Shown: in pieces, positions 17,035 to 20,000 of the stretch
Layout: every line of letters begins with the position of its first letter
Position numbering within the stretch: the stretch's first letter is position 1
Virus record (IMG/VR): IMGVR_UViG_3300034092_002689
DNA: 20,000 nucleotides
Direction: 5' to 3' (one strand)
Origin: an uncultured virus (IMG/VR IMGVR_UViG_3300034092_002689)
Taxonomy: Duplodnaviria; Heunggongvirae; Uroviricota; Caudoviricetes
Made by a program: the position numbers and the translations under genes
The notes under the pieces: model-generated
What the model saw: the letters and a program-made list of their open reading frames with translations, nothing else
The model's database searches: none
Told to the model about the DNA's origin: nothing

Positions 17035-17795
17035 AGCAGCCTAAAATATTATTTTTCGACATAGAGACAGCGCCAATTCTCGGGTACATGTGGTCAATTT
17101 GGGATCAAACAATTTCTCTCAATCAAATTAAACAAGATTGGTTTGTAATTTCTTGGGCTGCTAAATGGGCAGATAGCAATGAAGTAATGTACATGGATCA
17201 GCGCAATGCCAGAAATGTTGAAAATGATAAAAAATTACTGCAGGGCATTTGGAAACTTTTAGATGAAGCCGATATAGTGGTAACTCAAAACGGTCAGGCT
17301 TTTGATCAAAAGAAATTGTATGCTAGGTTCGCAATTAACGGATTAAAGCCTCCGAGCGGATTTAAGCATTACGATACTAAAAAGATAGCATCAAAGCACT
17401 TTGCTTTCACAAGTAACAAACTAGAGTATCTGAGCGATAAACTTAATAAAAAGTATAAGAAGATAAAGAATTCTGGATTTACTCTTTGGACTCGCTGTTT
17501 GGCTGGAGATCAGGATGCGTGGAAAGAGATGGAGAAGTATAACAAGTACGATGTACTGGCCTTAGAGGAGCTTTATACGACCCTTAGAGCTTGGGAACCG
17601 AAAGTTAACTACTCAGTATATTCTGACGACACTGATCAAGTATGTGTGTGCGGAAGTGATAGTCTAAAGAAAAAAGGATACGCATACACTGCCATTGCCA
17701 AATACCAAAGATATGTCTGCAATGATTGCGGAAAAAACTATCAAGGACGATCAAATCTATTAACCACCGAGAAAAATAAATCTTTACTAAAGTAA
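17031..17795 (+). CDS. RNase H-like (DEDD) 3'-5' exonuclease with a C-terminal Zn ribbon
   Basis: FFDIETAP, QNGQAFD, HYDT, YNKYDV; CVCGS...YQRYVCNDCG. Confidence 0.85.
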   Translation: MKQPKILFFDIETAPILGYMWSIWDQTISLNQIKQDWFVISWAAKWADSNEVMYMDQRNARNVENDKKLLQGIWKLLDEADIVVTQNGQAFDQKKLYARFAINGLKPPSGFKHYDTKKIASKHFAFTSNKLEYLSDKLNKKYKKIKNSGFTLWTRCLAGDQDAWKEMEKYNKYDVLALEELYTTLRAWEPKVNYSVYSDDTDQVCVCGSDSLKKKGYAYTAIAKYQRYVCNDCGKNYQGRSNLLTTEKNKSLLK

Positions 17796-17811
17796 ATGAA
17801 TTTAGTATAAT
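17783..17811 (+). promoter_or_regulatory. Sigma70-type promoter
   Basis: TTTACT (17783-17788), 17 bp spacer, TATAAT (17806-17811), then a TAAGGAG SD. Confidence 0.7.
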
Positions 17812-17837
17812 AACAAATAGACATAAGGAGAAAACAA

Positions 17838-18002
17838 ATGAAACACATCGTATCTACTAAAGTATTACAAGAAATCCTCAATTATATGGCTAATCGTCCC
17901 TATACCGAAGTAGCCGCTTTAATTAAGTCTTTGCAGGAAGATGCTCAACCCATGCTGCAAAAAGAAGAGGTTGCTGTCGAGGAGGCAGCTCCTCAGGAGT
18001 AA
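17838..18002 (+). CDS. Small protein, 54 aa, absent from the ORF track
   Basis: TAAGGAG SD; MKHIVSTKVLQEILNYMANRPYTEVAALIKSLQEDAQPMLQKEEVAVEEAAPQE; sits directly behind a promoter. Confidence 0.8.
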   Translation: MKHIVSTKVLQEILNYMANRPYTEVAALIKSLQEDAQPMLQKEEVAVEEAAPQE

Positions 18003-18006
18003 AAAA

Positions 18007-18291
18007 ATGGGACGACAAAAAAAGGGTGAAGGCGAAGATGAAGTGGAAAAGCTCGAACAAGAGCTTCGTAAGCTTAAAAGTGAAAATCGCCATCTCCATA
18101 AAGAACTCAAAAGAAATAATAAAAAATACAAGCCTCAGCATAATAAAGAGGAATTAATCGAGGAAGAACATTTAGAGAAAACTCCTTTATGCCAAGAATG
18201 TGGAAAGGGAAACATTAAAACTACTGACTTAGGAGTTAGGAAATTAATTAGTTGTACTGTTTGCACATTTAGAAAGTCGTTAAAAAAATGA
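18007..18291 (+). CDS. Coiled-coil plus Zn-ribbon protein, 94 aa
   Basis: ATG 18007 follows CAGGAG; heptad region VEKLEQELRKLKSENRHL; CQEC...CTVC. Confidence 0.75.
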   Translation: MGRQKKGEGEDEVEKLEQELRKLKSENRHLHKELKRNNKKYKPQHNKEELIEEEHLEKTPLCQECGKGNIKTTDLGVRKLISCTVCTFRKSLKK

Positions 18292-18479
18292 TGGAAACAA
18301 AATCAGATAACGAACCTATTTACATGGCATTACAAGAAGGAAAGCGTCAAGGCGTTATAATTGCTATTGATGCTTTGCGAAACAAAGAGTTTCGAAAAAT
18401 GTTTGAACTTGATGATTTGGAATCTGAAATTTGTGCTGAGGCTTTATTCATACATCGAGACAAATTATTAAATGGCTAA
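18288..18479 (+). CDS. Hypothetical protein, 63 aa
   Basis: Overlaps both neighbours by a few bases. Confidence 0.6.
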   Translation: MMETKSDNEPIYMALQEGKRQGVIIAIDALRNKEFRKMFELDDLESEICAEALFIHRDKLLNG

Positions 18480-18822
18480 GAAAAAGAAGAAGTTTAATCC
18501 TAAAACTAAGATAGTACCAGCCATTCGAAGGATTTGGTTTCATTCTCCTTTGCGAAGAGAAGTGATGCTTAGAGCTAAGGTGGATGAATATTATCGATGC
18601 GAAAAATGTAGAGGGTTACAGGAGAAAGTACACATCGATCACATTAATCCCTGTGTGCCTTTAACTGGTTGGGAGGGGTATGACAGCTTTATCGCCAAGC
18701 TTTTTTGCGATCCTTCTGAGCTTCAAGTTATTTGCGAAAAGTGTCATAGCAAAAAGACAAGTGAAGAAGTTAAAATCAGAAAAGAAAACAGAGCCAAAAA
18801 TCTCGGGAGTAAAACGGAATGA
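18472..18822 (+). CDS. HNH endonuclease
   Basis: CEKC...VHIDHINP...ELQVICEKCHSKKT. Confidence 0.85.
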   Translation: MAKKKKKFNPKTKIVPAIRRIWFHSPLRREVMLRAKVDEYYRCEKCRGLQEKVHIDHINPCVPLTGWEGYDSFIAKLFCDPSELQVICEKCHSKKTSEEVKIRKENRAKNLGSKTE

Positions 18823-19073
18823 AGTATTTGTTAACTATTATTTCTACTATTATAGGAGTGCTATTTTTTGGAAAAAAATTCATTCCAAATATCGAAGAAC
18901 AAAACGAAAAGACAAAAGATAAAATTAACGAGCTTGAAGACAAGATACAAGCTAACGCACAAAACATAGATGTTGAAGAACATGCTAGAGAAAAAATAAA
19001 AAAGGAATTGGAAGATGCTAAAAAAGCCAATCATAGTCTTAGCGATAACGCTGATTTTCTCAACAAACATTAG
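18819..19073 (+). CDS. N-terminal TM plus coiled-coil protein (i-spanin-like)
   Basis: MKYLLTIISTIIGVLFF TM segment followed by a charged helical domain; overlaps the next gene by 59 nt. Confidence 0.6.
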   Translation: MKYLLTIISTIIGVLFFGKKFIPNIEEQNEKTKDKINELEDKIQANAQNIDVEEHAREKIKKELEDAKKANHSLSDNADFLNKH

Positions 19074-19410
19074 AGCAGAAGAAGTCATTGTTTTAAACAA
19101 GGGCGACATTGCTCCGTTTGCTGGTATCTTAATGGACAATAATAAAGCCAACGATGTTAGGCTTAAATTGACCGAATTAGATTTTCAAAAATCATTAAAC
19201 TCCTCTTATGAAAAATCTATAAAGTTATACAAAGATAATGAGATTTATTATGTAGAAAAAACCAATACATTATTATCTCAAAATAAAGACCTCATTAATA
19301 CGATGAGAGCTTCTGAATCTTTAAATAAATGGGAAAACATGGCTTGGTTTGGTTTGGGTATTATAGTGACTATTGCTGGAGGATTGCTTGTTAGACAGGC
19401 AGCGAGGTGA
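19015..19410 (+). CDS. Exported protein with signal peptide, coiled coil and C-terminal TM (spanin-like partner)
   Basis: Signal peptide MLKKPIIVLAITLIFSTNIRA|EE; C-terminal TM WFGLGIIVTIAGGLLV; no Cys in the protein. Confidence 0.6.
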   Translation: MLKKPIIVLAITLIFSTNIRAEEVIVLNKGDIAPFAGILMDNNKANDVRLKLTELDFQKSLNSSYEKSIKLYKDNEIYYVEKTNTLLSQNKDLINTMRASESLNKWENMAWFGLGIIVTIAGGLLVRQAAR

Positions 19411-20000
19411 AATATCCACCGAAGAATTATTAAAAGCTCTAAATGACAGTACAGAGGGACAAGAAACTCCCGATGATGCTGGCGGTGACATTTTCTCCTT
19501 TATTGATGCATTTAATATAAAATCAGGAAATCACATTGTCAGTGTTGATTTATTATTTCAATTATACAAGCAATGGAACAAAGGTGAAAAACTCTCAAGA
19601 AATATATTTAACTTAAAAATGTATTCTTATTTTGGTTCAGATAAGAACAGAAATTCTACACTTAAATTAAATAAAGAAATAAAAGAACTACTCAACATTA
19701 TCAAAGAATATACAAATTCTAGTGAGAACAGATTTAAAAAAATTAATTTAACAAATAAAAATTACCGTAATTATTTTCAAAAATTCTTAACTGAGTGTCA
19801 TGTAAAACCCGGTTCTTTGTATATTGAATCGGATATCCTTTATTATATCTACGATACTTGGTGCTATAAAAATAAAAAGAGTACTCTTAGTTATTTAAGA
19901 TTTACAAAAATGTGCGGATTATTTTTACAGTACAAAAAATTTAATGACAGTGATGTTAAATGGTTTGCAGTGGATGAAAGTATAAAACAGTCAATTGATG
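19388..20000 (+). CDS. Protein with two tandem D5-primase-C-terminal/RFX-like winged-helix repeats, 3'-truncated and absent from the ORF track
   Basis: GGAGG (19378-19382) then TTG 19388; open for 204 codons to the window end. Repeats are FIDAFNIKSGNHIVSVDLLFQLYKQW and FLTECHVKPGSLYIESDILYYIYDTW. Confidence 0.65.
   Translation, partial: MLDRQRGEISTEELLKALNDSTEGQETPDDAGGDIFSFIDAFNIKSGNHIVSVDLLFQLYKQWNKGEKLSRNIFNLKMYSYFGSDKNRNSTLKLNKEIKELLNIIKEYTNSSENRFKKINLTNKNYRNYFQKFLTECHVKPGSLYIESDILYYIYDTWCYKNKKSTLSYLRFTKMCGLFLQYKKFNDSDVKWFAVDESIKQSID

Noticed and set aside
17941..18006. N-terminal extension of the Zn-ribbon ORF (track start 17941)
   Set aside because: It overlaps the 54-aa gene, and ATG 18007 has a proper SD.
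1943..19151. Other minus-strand and nested alternative-frame ORFs of 60-137 aa
   Set aside because: They overlap better-supported + strand genes and lack convincing SDs or protein-like motifs.
1..20000. Stop-codon reassignment
   Set aside because: The standard code gives near-complete coding density, and TAA, TGA and TAG all end genes at sensible boundaries.

Overview
An AT-rich, densely coded window of a tailed dsDNA bacteriophage or prophage. All credible genes lie on the + strand and many overlap their neighbours by a few bases. From left to right it holds: a cluster of small accessory ORFs (including an AP2-like DNA-binding protein and a small lipoprotein); a monomeric class II (B12-dependent) ribonucleotide reductase interrupted at its catalytic NP|CAE motif by a 349-aa LAGLIDADG intein that ends in non-canonical Gly-Gln; a membrane-anchored trypsin/HtrA-like protease; a CBS-less IMPDH/GMP reductase-family enzyme that looks more like GuaC; two PD-(D/E)XK nucleases and an ERF annealing protein; an AEP primase-PriCT-DnaB-type helicase fusion; an Sm/Hfq-like small protein; a family B DNA polymerase; a HEXXH protein, a DEDD exonuclease and an HNH endonuclease; an overlapping cysteine-free spanin-like gene pair; and a truncated tandem winged-helix protein. 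Intergenic DNA contains five sigma70-type promoters, two clear intrinsic terminators and G-run Shine-Dalgarno (SD) sites. Pyrimidine tracts upstream of several SD sites could pair with them, including a terminator loop that could form a pseudoknot over the primase-helicase start. All calls come from motifs read by eye; no database searches were run.
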